Below, one piece after another: positions 12,067-26,073 of a stretch of DNA of 64,000 bases (position 1 is the first letter of the stretch; each line of letters opens with the position of its first letter). The DNA comes from Macrostomum lignano. Lineage: Eukaryota. The DNA is taken from contig NIVC01002917.1 in the NCBI GenBank assembly GCA_002269645.1, positions 62,001-126,000 of the forward strand. Reading direction: 5' to 3'. Below the pieces are notes generated by a model. That model was not told where the DNA came from, searched no databases, and worked only from the letters and a program-made list of their open reading frames with translations. A program made the position numbers and the translations under genes.

Positions 12067-14160
12067 GTGGATCGGTGAGATTGAGCTGAGATTCGATGGC
12101 CAGAGATGAGAATAGATATAAGTGGATCTGTGAGACTGAGACACGGTGGCCAGAGATTAGAATAGATATACAGTGGATCTGTGAGACTGAGACACGGTGG
12201 CCAGAGATGAGAATAGATAAACAATGGATCTGTGAGGCTAAGACACGGTGGCCAGAGATGAGAATAGATATACAGTGGATCTGTGAGACTGAGACACGGT
12301 GGCCAGAGATGAGAATAGATATGCAGTGGATCTGTGAGACTGAGACACGGTGGCCAGAGATGAGAATAGATATACAGTGGATCTGTGAGACTGAGACACG
12401 GTGGCCAGAGATTAGAATAGATATACAGTGGATGTGTGAGACTGAGACACGGTGGCCAGACTGAGACACGGTGGCCAGACTGAGACACGGTGGCCAGACT
12501 GAGACACGGTGGCCAGAGATGAGAATAGATATACAGTGGATCTGTGAGACTGAGACACGGTGGCCAGAGATGAGAATAGATATACAATGGATCTGTGAGA
12601 CTGAGACACGGTGGCCAGAGATGAGAATAGATATACAGTGGATCTGTGAGACTGAGACACGGTGGCCAGAGATGAGAATAGATATAAGTGGATCTGTGAG
12701 ACTGAGACACGGTGGCCAGAGATTAGAATAGATATACAGTGGATCTGTGAGACTGAGACACGGTGGCCAGAGATGAGAATAGATATACAGTGGATCTGTG
12801 AGACTGAGACACGGTGGCCAGAGATGAGAATAGATATACAGTGGATCTGTGAGACTGAGACACGGTGGCCAGAGATGAGAATAGATATACAGTGGATCTG
12901 TGAGACTGAGACACGGTGGCCAGAGATGAGAATAGATATACAGTGGATCTGTGAGACTGAGACACGGTGGCCAGAGATGAGAATAGATATACAGTGGATC
13001 TGTGAGACTGAGACACGGTGGCCAGTGATGAGAATAGATATACAGTGGATCTGTGAGACTGAGACACGGTGGCCAGAGATGAGAATAGATATACAGTGGA
13101 TCTGTGAGACTGAGACACGGTGGCCAGAGATGAGAATAGATATACAGTGGATCTGTGAGACTGAGACACGGTGGCCAGAGATGAGAATAGATATACAATG
13201 GATCTGTGAGACTGAGACACGGTGGCCAGAGATGAGAATAGATATACAGTGGATCTGTGAGACTGAGACACGGTGGCCAGAGATGAGAATAGATATACAG
13301 TGGATCTGTGAGACTGAGACACGGTGGCCAGAGATTAGAATAGATATACAGTGGATCTGTGAGACTGAGACACGGTGGCCAGAGATTAGAATAGATATAC
13401 AGTGGATCTGTGAGACTGAGACACGGTGGCCAGAGATGAGAATAGATATAAGTGGATCTGTGAGACTGAGACACGGTGGCCAGAGATGAGAATAGATATA
13501 CAGTGGATCTGTGAGACTGAGACACGGTGGCCAGAGATTAGAATAGATATACAGTGGATCTGTGAGACTGAGACACGGTGGCCAGTGATGAGAATAGATA
13601 TACAGTGGATCTGTGAGACTGAGACACGGTGGCCAGAGATGAGAATAGATATACAGTGGATCTGTGAGACTGAGACACGGTGGCCAGAGATGAGAATAGA
13701 TATACAGTGGATCTGTGAGACTGAGACACGGTGGCCAGAGATGAGAATAGATATACAATGGATCTGTGAGACTGAGACACGGTGGCCAGAGATGAGAATA
13801 GATATACAGTGGATCTGTGAGACTGAGACACGGTGGCCAGAGATGAGAATAGATATACAGTGGATCTGTGAGACTGAGACACGGTGGCCAGAGATTAGAA
13901 TAGATATACAGTGGATCTGTGAGACTGAGACACGGTGGCCAGAGATTAGAATAGATATACAGTGGATCTGTGAGACTGAGACACGGTGGCCAGAGATGAG
14001 AATAGATATAAGTGGATCTGTGAGACTGAGACACGGTGGCCAGAGATGAGAATAGATATACAGTGGATCTGTGAGACTGAGACACGGTGGCCAGAGATTA
14101 GAATAGATATACAGTGGATCTGTGAGACTGAGACACGGTGGCCAGTGATGAAAATAGATA
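12067..14160. repeat. 51-bp minisatellite, about 40 copies, with a 560-bp higher-order period
   Basis: 17-aa period in the ORF track; the GCCAGTGATG variant recurs at 13021, 13581 and 14141. Confidence 0.97.
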
Positions 14161-14961
14161 CAGATGCAGTGGGGTTGGTGAGAACCCTAGATCCCGTTAC
14201 TCCTTAGCGATTTTCTTTTTGAAACTGTTCGGATCTTGAGGCTAATATTATTGATTGTCTGTCTTTGTGGAAGGAGGATTAGCCCCCCCCCCCAGCCTGC
14301 AGCAGCGGTAGTAGCAAGACATACAGAGTGTCTGAGCGAACTGCTGGCGCTGGGAAGGCGAGGTGGGAATAATATATATTTTTTTCTTGAGCCCGGCAGG
14401 GCAGCCATTGCAGCTGAAAACTTTGGTCTCGCCTGCTCGGTCTTGGAGCTCGCGCTTGGCTCATGTCCAAGGGGAGAGGGGGCAGGAGGGCTTTTCTTTC
14501 TTTCAAGCACAAAATCAATAATGCACTCAGACTAGCGAGGCCTCCCCTCTGGGGGAGGGGGGGGGGTTGCGAACCAGTTCAGCCCAGCACCCTCTGGCAA
14601 ACACCCTCTTCACCCTCCCATGGGGTCCGCTGTTTTATATTATATACAATATTTGAGTTGGCTTCTTAATCTTCTTGGCAAAGACACTGGCTGGGCGGAG
14701 GCTACCAAGGACACCCAAGAGCCAGAGTCTGGAGAATTTCCCCCCTAGGACACACTATCAAGCTTACTTCAGTTTCTCAGCTTATACGTACGAATCATCC
14801 GTACGTTGTAGCCTTGAGGGGGTTGCAGCCTAGAGGGGGTTGTAGCCTTGAGGGGGTTGTAGCCTAGAGGGGTTTGTAGCCTTGAGGGTGTGCTTTAGAG
14901 GGTCGAAATTTCACAACACCGAAAACTTAATATAACAAGAACCATGCAGTAGTTTTCTACG

Positions 14962-15142
14962 TTGTGAAGTTTCGACCTTGTGAAGTTTCGACTTTGTGAA
15001 GTTTCGACCTTGTGAAGTTTCGACTTTGTGAAGTTTCGACCTTGTGAAGTTTCGACCTTGTGAAGTTTCGACCTTGTGAATTTTCGACCTTGTGAAGTTT
15101 CGACTTTGTGAAGTTTCGACCTTTTGAAGCTTCGACCTTGTG
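14962..15142. repeat. 16-bp minisatellite TTGTGAAGTTTCGACC
   Basis: Direct reading. Confidence 0.93.
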
Positions 15143-15221
15143 AAAGTGGTTGCTATTTGAGTTTTCGATGTTAAGAAATTTCGTTGTGAAATTTCGAGTT
15201 TGTGAAACCCCCCCTCCCCGG

Positions 15222-15311
15222 GTGGCGACCCCCCAGTCCTTGGACTGAACAGCCGTACGCAGCCTTCAGATGTGCCGCGCAATAGCTGCGGCTGAGCTGT
15301 CGGTTGCACAT
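15222..15311 (+). mobile_element. 3' fragment of the same SINE
   Basis: GGCGACCCCCAGTCCTTGGACTGAACAGCCGTACGCAGCC...GGTTGCACATC matches the SINE body. Confidence 0.8.
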
Positions 15312-16808
15312 CTGCTTAATTGACTAAGGATTTTGCTGATCGAAAAAAAATTATTATTATATAGTATGCTCTATCGGATTTCTTGAGAGTATACTAAATG
15401 CACTTGCGATACGACAGATAGCAACAAGAGCAGCAACTAAAATCAGCCTAATCTTGTCTTGAACACGGGCATTCGGGAAAAAGTTGGCACTCTACTCGTA
15501 CTTTCTGGTCTCGGGTCTTCTTGGCGCAGCTGTCCAGAGGGGACGAGACCTGGGACTGAGTCAAAGAGAGCGCTTTCACCACAGAAGGACTAACTGAAGG
15601 TTCCAATGTCACTACTGTTTTTAACCGTATTTTAAGTAGTAACAACTGAAAGCATCTCGATAATTTTTATTTTTGCGCTTTAAATTTAATATCAATACTC
15701 ACCATAAGTCAATTCTACAGAGTTCAATGTAAATTGCGAAATTTGTCGGTTTTGCCATAGACTAAAGCTTTGAACAAATGAAAACCATTTGAACTTTTGA
15801 AATTTCATAAGTTTTCAAATTATGAAAACACATAATTTGCTTGGCTATGCGGTAAAACTCTAAATCGGACGCGAATGAAAGACCAACTACACCTTTTCAC
15901 GTTCAATTTTGATCAAAGTCCAGTTCTAAAAAAACTAGCGGAAATTCAATTCAGACAATTCAGACTGGGGAAAGTTTTGTCTATGGCTAAACCTTGCTTC
16001 AGTAGCAGAATGTTTTGAACAGGATTTTGTTTTTATTGATTTTCCGTAAGCGTTGCCCCAGTCTGAATTGTCTGAATTGTCTGAATTGTCTAAACAGAAA
16101 ATCTCGGAGATAAAGTTTCGATTTTTAAAAACCTTGCTGCAAAGGACAAAGGAAGTTCTAGTAAAGTTCATCAAAGATTGGATCGACACAAGCGCCAAAA
16201 TGCAACTGTCTCGAGATAGCATACTGGTACAGAAGAAAATAGGCTTGAGATACTCGTTTGCGTACGAGACATTGGATATCTGTTTTCTAGCTTAGCACAC
16301 AAATACTAGAATAACTACTAGATGGGGGCCACTCAGCACATTTGCGTGTAAGCTACTTTTAGTTCAGTAGCAAGTTAAACAAAAGCATTTTAATGTATTT
16401 TTAAAGCCAAGGCTCATTTATTGGCTCTTACCCCAGCTTAAACCCTCCAACTGCGCCTTTCCACACTACCCCCTCCGCCCCGCCCCAATTTTTATTGCCA
16501 ATTACTCGAAAATTCCAGCCGAAAACTGCCATGTACATTTCAGTGGACTGGCTAATGTACATTATTGCTGAACCAATTAGCAAGTTGTTTACGGCTGCAA
16601 GCTCGGGCTGCTTGACTTATCAATATCGTTTCAGCTGGCTTCATTTTTATAAAATAAGCTTATGTATTCTTCTTTCCTACTGAACTGAAATTAGAAAGCT
16701 GTTTTACTAAGTATATGCCTGTGGCTTAGCACGACAAAAGCAATTTCTACGTATGGATACGTATGGAGGCACACTGGGTTCATCGCCGCCGAATCGAAGT
16801 CGATTTTT

Positions 16809-17085
16809 TATTACACCTGCCCAAATGGGCAGAGGTGCAACCGACAGCTCAGCCGCAGCTATTGAACGGTGGCGCATCTCTGAAGGCTGCCCTGTTCGGG
16901 GTCGCCGCACACACCCTCAATTACACCCCAGCTAATGCTGGCACCCATTTTACAGCTGGGTGAACTGGAGAAATGCAGATTTAAGTGACTTGCTCATTGA
17001 CACAGTTTGTTCCGAGTGGGTCGGGAATCGAGCCCCTGACCTTTCAGTCGTGAGTCCCACGCTCTCCACCTCTAGGCTACAACCC
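16809..17085 (-). mobile_element. Same SINE family; its 5' end runs into a minisatellite of the head sequence
   Basis: Reverse complement of head, CORE and body, with a short internal deletion. Confidence 0.85.
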
Positions 17086-17888
17086 CTCTAGGCTGCAACC
17101 CCTCTAGGCTACAACCCCTCTAGGCTGCAACCCCCTCTAGACTACAACCCCCTCTAGGCTACAACCCCTCTAGGCTACAACCCCCTCTAGGCTGCAACCC
17201 CCTCTAGGCTACAACCCCCTCTAGGCTACAACCCCCTCTAGGCTACAACCCCTCTAGGCTACAACCCCCTCTAGGCTGCAACCCCCTCTAGGCTACAACC
17301 CCCTCTAGGCTACAACCCCCTCTAGGCTACAACCCCTCTAGGCTACAACCCCTCTAGGCTGCAACCCCCTCTAGGCTACAACCCCCTCTAGGCTACAACC
17401 CCTCTAGGCTACAACCCCTCTAGGCTGCAACCCCCTCTAGGCTACAACCCCTCTAGGCTGCAACCCCCTTTAGGCTGCAACCCCCTCTAGGCTGCAACCC
17501 CCTCTAGGCTACAACCCCTCTAGGCTGCAACCCCCTCTAGGCTACAACCCCTCTAGGCTGCAACCCCCTCTAGGCTGCAATCCCCTCTAGGCTGCAATCC
17601 CCTCTAGGCTGCAACCTCCTGTAGGCTACAACCCCTCTAGGCTGCAACCGCCTCTAGCTGCAACCCCCTCTAGGCTGCAACCCCCTCTAGGCTACAACCT
17701 CCCCTAGGCTGCAACCTCCCCTAGGCTGCAACCCCCTCTAGGCTGCAACCCCCTCTAGGCTGCAACCCCCTCTAGGCTACAACCTCCCCTAGGCTACAAC
17801 CTCCCCTAGGCTACAACCCCCTCTAGGCTGCAACCCCCTCTAGGCTACAACCCCCTCTAGGCTGCAACCCTCTCTAGGCTACAACCCG
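17068..17888. repeat. 16-17-bp minisatellite CTCTAGGCT(A/G)CAACCC(C), derived from the SINE 5' end
   Basis: Reverse complement GGGGTTGTAGCCTAGAG matches the start of the SINE head. Confidence 0.95.
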
Positions 17889-18049
17889 TATTAATATATA
17901 ATAAATACATGTAATATAATGATAATATTAGGCAATAGCTCTTAGCATTGTTGCAATTGTAAAGGACAAGCAGAGTAGTCGATGCACAGCTACAAACATA
18001 CCACTCAATTACTGGTAATGCAAAGCAATCTACTACTAATAGTACTTAC

Positions 18050-18574
18050 CTGTTCAGCTGCAGCTTGCTGATCAACCTTCGCATCTGAAATTGCATCCGC
18101 GTCAGTCTGTCCGTCTTCCGCAGTAGCACCAGCCTCATCTTCACTAGTAGCACCAGCATGCAGTGTTTCCGTGTCAGCGTCAGCCTCCGCGTCTGGATGA
18201 AGCGCCGCTAGCAGCTGCTCCAGGTGGTCGTCGAGCTCGACAGTGGGCACCAGCTGGCAGAGCGGGTGGCCCTCGAGTCCCGCCACGCTGTCCGCCGGGT
18301 CCTGCAGCGCCCGGGCGACAACCAGTCGGACGTGTTCGCCGCTCTGCCGGAGCACCGTGGCCACCTGCTCGCTGCTCATGCCGCGCACGCCGACTCCGCC
18401 GATGCAGACAATGTGGTCGCCGGAGCGAAGGCGGCCGTCTTGATCGGCGATGCCGCCAGGCAGGATGGTGCGCACCACCACCCCGGTGCTCTTGCTGCCG
18501 ATGATGCCGAAGCCGAGGCCCGTGCCGTCATTCAACAAGTCGACGACCTCGATCTCAGTCCAGTCGGTGTTCAG
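18050..18574 (-). CDS. MPDZ: MPDZ-like exon with complete PDZ2-equivalent domain plus acidic linker
   Basis: [41 protein letters not shown]...[24 protein letters not shown], close to MPDZ PDZ2 as recalled. CAG|gtaagt donor at 18050; acceptor at 18574 is a best guess. Confidence 0.9.
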
Positions 18575-18704
18575 CTGGATCGGTTCAAGTGGGGTGTTTG
18601 TGGTTTTGAATGCATGACGGATGCTGGCTCAGAATTTAACGACAATCCCAAGTTAAACAAGTTCGAAATCTTGCCGTTTTTAAATGAATGGTGAGTTGAG
18701 CTTT

Positions 18705-21700
18705 GACAGATTGGGAGAATGGTAATGACTGAGGAGAGTGACGGTTGTGACAGATAAGGAGAATAGTAAAGACTGAGGAGAGTGACAGTTGTGACAGATT
18801 GGGAGAATGGTAATGACTGAGGAGAGTGACGGTTGTGACAGATAAGGAGAATAGTAAAGACTGTGGAGAGTGACATTTGTGACATATTTGGAGAATGGTA
18901 AAGACTGAGGAGAGTGACAGTTGTGACAGATTGGGAGAATGGTAAAGACTGAGGAGAGTGACAAAGAGTATCCCAGCGAACAGAAGGGTGACAGGAGCAA
19001 CGAACTACTTTAGGAATTAAAAAATGAGCTAAGGTTAAAAATTACCCCTGGATTTTGGGGCGCCCGTCAATATGATGAATAAATTGCATCACAGTCCTTG
19101 ACTTCTAAGAGCGCCATCGAAAAAAACCGACAGCTAAAATTCCTGTTTAACTATCAGCTTCCTCGTCTTACATCTTACAAGTGTACTTCAGAATTAATCA
19201 GCTGATTGAAGTTCCCAACCTCTCATTGTTGATTGTACGATTGCTTTCGTACACCGACAGTGAGAGATTTGTTTTGATATACAGAATTTTTAGTTTAGCG
19301 TCTTCTGACATTTTTAGTAATGAAAAGAAGAAGAAGAATAACTGCAGCAGAATTGTGGGCCCTGGTGCCAGCGCCTTCGGCGACATCCGTCCTGCAACCA
19401 GTGCCTTAGACTTTGGGGTCTAAGGCAACCAACCCCCCGTAGACTTTGGGTCTAAGGCAACCAACCCTTCGTAGACTTTGGGGTCTAAGGCAACCAACCC
19501 CCCCCGTAGACTTTGGGGTCTAAGGCAACCAACCCCCCCGTAGACTTTGGGGTCTAAGGCAACCAACCCTTCGTAGACTTTGGGGTCTAAGGCAACCAAC
19601 CCCCCCGTAGACTTTGGGGTCTAAGGCAACCAACCCCCCGTAGACTTTGGGGTCTAAGGCAACCAACCCCCCGTAGACTTTGGGGTCTAAGGCAACCAAC
19701 CCCCCCGTAGACTTTGGGGTCTAAGGCAACCAACCCCCCCGTAGACTTTGGGGTCTAAGGCAACCAACCCCCCCGTAGACTTTGGGGTCTAAGGCAACCA
19801 ACCCCCCCCCGTAGACTTTGGGGTTTCCCCACTCTCGGACCGCTTTCCAAAATTTTTCGCGCGCACACTCGGGTTTTGTCGTTGGGGGGGGGGGTGTGGC
19901 GTGGACTCGGTCTAGCACCAGGCCTTGTTCCTGGTCCCAATCTGGGCCGCTCGGGCTATATGCTCTGACACCTGTTGAGTTGACTGGTTTGCCCAGTCAC
20001 ACGGGTACTTGAAAAGGAGACTCGTAAACCCTGATGATTTCTGGGCAAATTCATGCCTAAAGCAGTTATTGTGTGTGAGAGCCTGAATTCCATCCTTGCT
20101 CTGGTATCTCCACGGTTGACTCCAAGGCGCCACTCGTAAAATGCTAATTTGTTCAGAAGTTATCCAGAAAATTTATTATTTTAGTGGGAGCGACTGAATC
20201 TAAATTTGGGTCAGTTTTTTCTCTATCCGTTCTGCAGGCTTTGAAGATTTCAGTTCATTCAGAGGGCAGGAGCTACATGGCTGGGAATCAATGGCAAACT
20301 AGCTGAGACAGTTCACAATGATTTATCGATTAGACTGGCAGGGAGGCGGCTGAAACTTGAGCTCAACCTACTGAGGTGGTCCACGCCAGATATTGCTCAG
20401 CGTTTTTTTACTAGTGTAACGAGCGCCCGCACCGCTGCGCTTGTGGAAGATGGATTGGCCCGCGAAGGACATTGACGTTGACAAAGTACAAGCTGACATT
20501 AACTAATTGGCTTTGCTTATGAGAGAGAATTGATTTCAGACATGAGTTGGAAACATTAAGACTGACACAGAGTGACAGTTGTGACGGATAGGGAGAATGG
20601 TAAAGACTGAGGAGAGTGACATTTGTGACAGATTGGGAGAATGGTAGACTGAGGAGAGTGACAGTTGTGACGGATAGGGAGAATGGTAAAGACTGAGGAG
20701 AGTGACATTTGTGACAGATTGGGAGAATGGTAGACTGAGGAGAGTGACAGTTGTGACAGATTGGGAGAATGGTAGACTGAGGAGAGTGACATTTGTGACA
20801 GATTGGGAGAATGGTAGACTGAGGAGAGTGACAGTTGTGACGGATAGGGAGAATGGTAAAGACTGAGGAGAGTGACATTTGTGACAGATTGGGAGAATGG
20901 TAGACTGAGGAGAGTGACAGTTGTGACGGATAGGGAGAATGGTAAAGACTGAGGAGAGTGACATTTGTGACAGATTGGGAGAATGGTAAAGACTGGGGAG
21001 AGTGACAGTTGTGACGGATAGGGAGAATGGTAAAGACTGAGGAGAGTGACATTTGTGACAGATTGGGAGAATGGTAAAGACTGGGGAGAGTGACAGTTGT
21101 GACAGATTGGGAGAATGGTAAAGACTGGGGAGAGTGACAGTTGTGACAGATTGGGAGAATGGTAGACTGAGGAGAGTGACAGTTGTGACAGATTGGGAGA
21201 ATGGTAAAGACTGAGGAGAGTGACAGTTGTGACAGATTGGGAGAATGGTAGACTGGGGAGAGTGACAGTTGTGACAGATTGGGAGAATGGTAAAGACTGA
21301 GGAGAGTGACATTTGTGACAGATTGGGAGAATGGTAAAGACTGGGGAGAGTGACAGTTGTGACGGATAGGGAGAATGGTAAAGACTGAGGAGAGTGACAT
21401 TTGTGACAGATTGGGAGAATGGTAAAGACTGGGGAGAGTGACAGTTGTGACAGATTGGGAGAATGGTATACTGAGGAGAGTGACGGTTGTGACAGATTAG
21501 GAGAATGATAAAGACTGAGGAGAGTGACAGTTGTGACAGATTGGGAGAATGGTAAAGACTGAGGAGAGTGACAGTTGTGACAGATTGGGAGAATGGTAAA
21601 GACTGAGGAGAGTGACGGTGTGACAGATAAGGAGAATTATAAAGACTGTGGAGAGTGACAGTTGTGACAGATTGGGAGAATGGTAAAGACTGGGGAGAGT

Positions 21701-22015
21701 GACAGTTGTGACAGATTGGGAGAATAGTAAAGACTGAGGAGAGTGACAGTTGTGACAGATTGGGAGAATGGTAGACTGAGGAGAGTGACAGTTGTGACAG
21801 ATTGGGAGAATGGTAAAGACTGAGGAGAGTGACAGTTGTGACAGATTGGGAGAATGGTAAAGACTGGGGAGAGAGAAAGTTGTGACAGCTTAGAAGAATG
21901 GTAAAGACTGGGGAGAGTGACATTTGTGACAGATTAGGAGGATGGTAATGATTGAGGAGAGTGATAGTTCTGAGAGATTGGGAGAATGGTAAAGACTGGG
22001 GAGAGTGACAGTTGT
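18705..22015. repeat. 42-44-bp minisatellite in two blocks (18705-18964 and about 20566-22015) separated by about 1.6 kb of other sequence
   Basis: Unit GACTGAGGAGAGTGACAGTTGTGACAGATTGGGAGAATGGTAAA. Confidence 0.95.
19408..19823. repeat. 32-34-bp minisatellite GTAGACTTTGGGGTCTAAGGCAACCAACCCCCC
   Basis: Direct reading. Confidence 0.95.
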
Positions 22016-23444
22016 TGAGGGGAGATGAGGATGATGCTCAAGGTGAAGTATTTCCCAACCAAATGTTTTAGCTACCTGGGCTTTAATTTAAAACAAAAAT
22101 TTTAATAATGCAAGCGTCAGCCTAATTTGCAGTCAAGCATGCCCCGGAACAATGGACAAAATAAAAAAACACATTTAGCACTGCGGCCAACGCTGCTCCC
22201 CAGAGCACGCTGCATTATTTAGCAAGGACGGGTCCCGGTGATAACTGACTCTGTTTTTTTTGGCTTTTCAATCGACCGCCCCAGCCAGCGGAATCGAGTT
22301 ACTCAATGCATCGCTTTCAACTCGCTATGACCGCCTCTTTGGGCTGCAGTCGGTTTCCGTTCGACTAGTCGCCAGTGTGCAGACTCCGAGTGTGACTTCA
22401 CTCGGACGCCACGGTCTACAGTAGGTAGTTTTTAAATGTACTACAGCCGCTGCAGCTCAGCGATTGAGGCGGGGGGTGGGGTGGGGGGGGCTTTTGGAAA
22501 ATCAGTGAGTCGCGAATGCTCAGGAAGAGAGGCCGGAGTGAGAGGATGGAGCAGGAACAGTCGGGTATGGGACTGAGGCTTGGGCGCGCAGGGTAGTGCC
22601 GCAGAGAGAGGAAGTTTTTGACGATGTAGAGTGGGCTGCGGGGCGGCCACACAACAACTCAGCTCGCTGAGGTGAGGCAAGGAGGCCGGTGAGCAGAACT
22701 TGGAGTGTAACAGCTCATCGCCAAGACAAGAAGTTTCAGCCAAATGCAGGCAAAATTATGCATTATTTTGCTACTAAATGGCTTTGGTAGAATCGAATTT
22801 TGTGTACTTGATCCGATTTTGAAGCCAAATAAATTACCAGCGATGATCCGTGAGCTTTTCGGTACAAAATGTTCAATAGCTTTTAGCTTTGAACAAACCA
22901 AATATATTTCTGAAAGCAGAAGCCTGTCTGTTATTTGTGTATAAACTGTAAAACTGCGAGTTACTCCACGCTCTGGTTCTCATAGGCCTCCTTGGGTGAG
23001 CTCCGGCTTGGAAACATGAGAGGGGGGCGGGAGGCTGAAGGGGAAGTCCGCTGTGCCCTCCCGGCTCCATCCAGCCTGCACTCATTTTCGAACTCTAGCT
23101 AGCCAGCCTGAGGCTAAAGGGGAAGAGGCTAAGGGGGAGAGAAGGGCGGCAGACTTAGCATAATTATGTTATCGATTGATTGAAGCCGCGGTCAGGTGGC
23201 CGAACTGCAGAGCCGCCATGCAGGGCCACAGCAGGTGCAAAGAAAGAAGCAAAGACGGCTCCTGGTCTCAGCTTCTCGCGGTTGCTCAGGGGGAGAGAGA
23301 AATGAGGAGAACTCAAGCCAAGAGGCCAGGATTATTGACAATTTCTATATTTACTCACTTCTTGATTGTCCCAGTGCCTTGCTTGTAAATCATTTTTGCT
23401 ACTATTTTCGAACTCAAGGACATGGACTTTCATTTCATTCCGAA

Positions 23445-23716
23445 CGGCTAGAGCGTTGGCTCACGACTGAAAGGTCTGAAGTTCGATTCCCGAACCACTC
23501 GGAACAAGCTGTGTCCTTGAGCAAAACACTTAGCTCTGCATTTGCTTCAGTTCACCCAGCTGTAAAATGGGTGCCAGCATTAGCTGGGGTAATTGAGGGT
23601 GTGTGACGACCCCCCAGTCCTTGGACTGAACAGCCGTACGCAGCCTTCAGATGCTCCATGCCACCGTTCAATAGCTGCGGCTGAGCTGTCGGCTGCATAC
23701 TATTATTATTACTACT
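23445..23716 (+). mobile_element. Same SINE family, slightly 5'-truncated, (TAT)n tail
   Basis: Aligns to the other copies from TAGAGCG onward; ends in actattattattact. Confidence 0.88.
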
Positions 23717-24919
23717 AAAACATCGCGCTGAAGGTCCTGAAGTATCCAACAAGCTGATGATGAAGCACAAAACCATCGAAGTCCATGAAATCAATGAAGT
23801 GTGTTTGACACTGTTGTCGACAAGGAATGTCTCAATTATCTTGGACTCCACTGACTTGAATGATGGGTGCAAGATTGCGGAATAAGCAAACCTCTAGAAG
23901 TACTTCGGAGTACATCGCACCGCACGAACACGAAAAATGAGAATGAACACAGGCATGCCCTAGGCTACGGTGCGGCATCGGTACTGGAGTGTGGAGAGAA
24001 GTGCGAGCATGGGACGGGAGACGAGAGACGGGGAGCAAACAGATGCTGGAGGTCGGAGAGCCTCCCAGCTTCCCATCGGAAGCAGTTCAGTCAGGGAAGT
24101 CTTCCTACTTCCGCTCTAAGGAAGGTTAGAAGTCGAGACGTCAATCAGAGACGGTTTGTGCCATTTTAACCCCCCCCAACCCCGAGCAGGAAAGCAAAGA
24201 AAGGGATATTCTCCCATCAGTTCGAATTTGTTTGCGAGCGCTCAGCTGGGGGTGGGGAATGGCGGCTCAGTCATAATCTCTTCTCCTTCACATCCGCGTT
24301 GCCAAGGGGAATTAATTACCTGGGAATCGTTTGGACTCAAAGCTGACCGAATCGCGCTAGCCGAAAGCGCTCCGTGGCATGCCGGGCTGATCGAATTCTC
24401 TCTCTGACTCTCTTTCCGTTCTGACTCCGTCTCACCCAGCCTCCTCCGTCCCCTCTCCCCTCGCCATCTTTCCGCAAAGGAAACCGCTGATGCAGTTCAG
24501 CATTTTCTATATATTTTCTCTGGCCAAGCATTTACAGCTCCCGTCCATCTGCTGCTCAGAAGGAAAAGAAGAAGAAGGGGAAGGCCAGAAGACTGAATCA
24601 GAAAGAGCCGCGATGGAGAGTATAGGGCGGCGATGAGGCGCTGAGGCTGAAAGCTTTGGCTTTGGCCCGTCAGGATTAAAGTTATAGTGAGTGCCGCTGG
24701 GCCCGCCTCGGAGGCCGAGCGGACGGCGGCTTTGCTAGTAAAGACCCAGGTTAGAAATATGGACTAACATATTTCTGAGTAAAGTAGCTGATAGAAAACC
24801 GACACGGTCCTGTAAAATGTTTTTTTTAAATTAATTCGTTCGTCCCAGCAGCCAGCGAGGACGAGAGGCCGGACTGGCTCAGCAGTACCGTCCGGCTCTA
24901 ACGTTTCTGCCCCACTTTG

Positions 24920-26073
<1,154 letters not shown>

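Noticed and set aside
12009-14207. Long ORFs of 200-557 aa
   Set aside because: They are translations of the 51-bp array, open in several frames on both strands. The same applies to the ORFs at 4084-4739, 5010-6180, 20411-21923, 28197-29926, 46487-47758 and 48093-49325.
15948-16078. 23-bp perfect inverted repeat (15948-15970 and 16056-16078)
   Set aside because: It is real but has no TSD or second copy; probably a MITE scrap and too small to classify.
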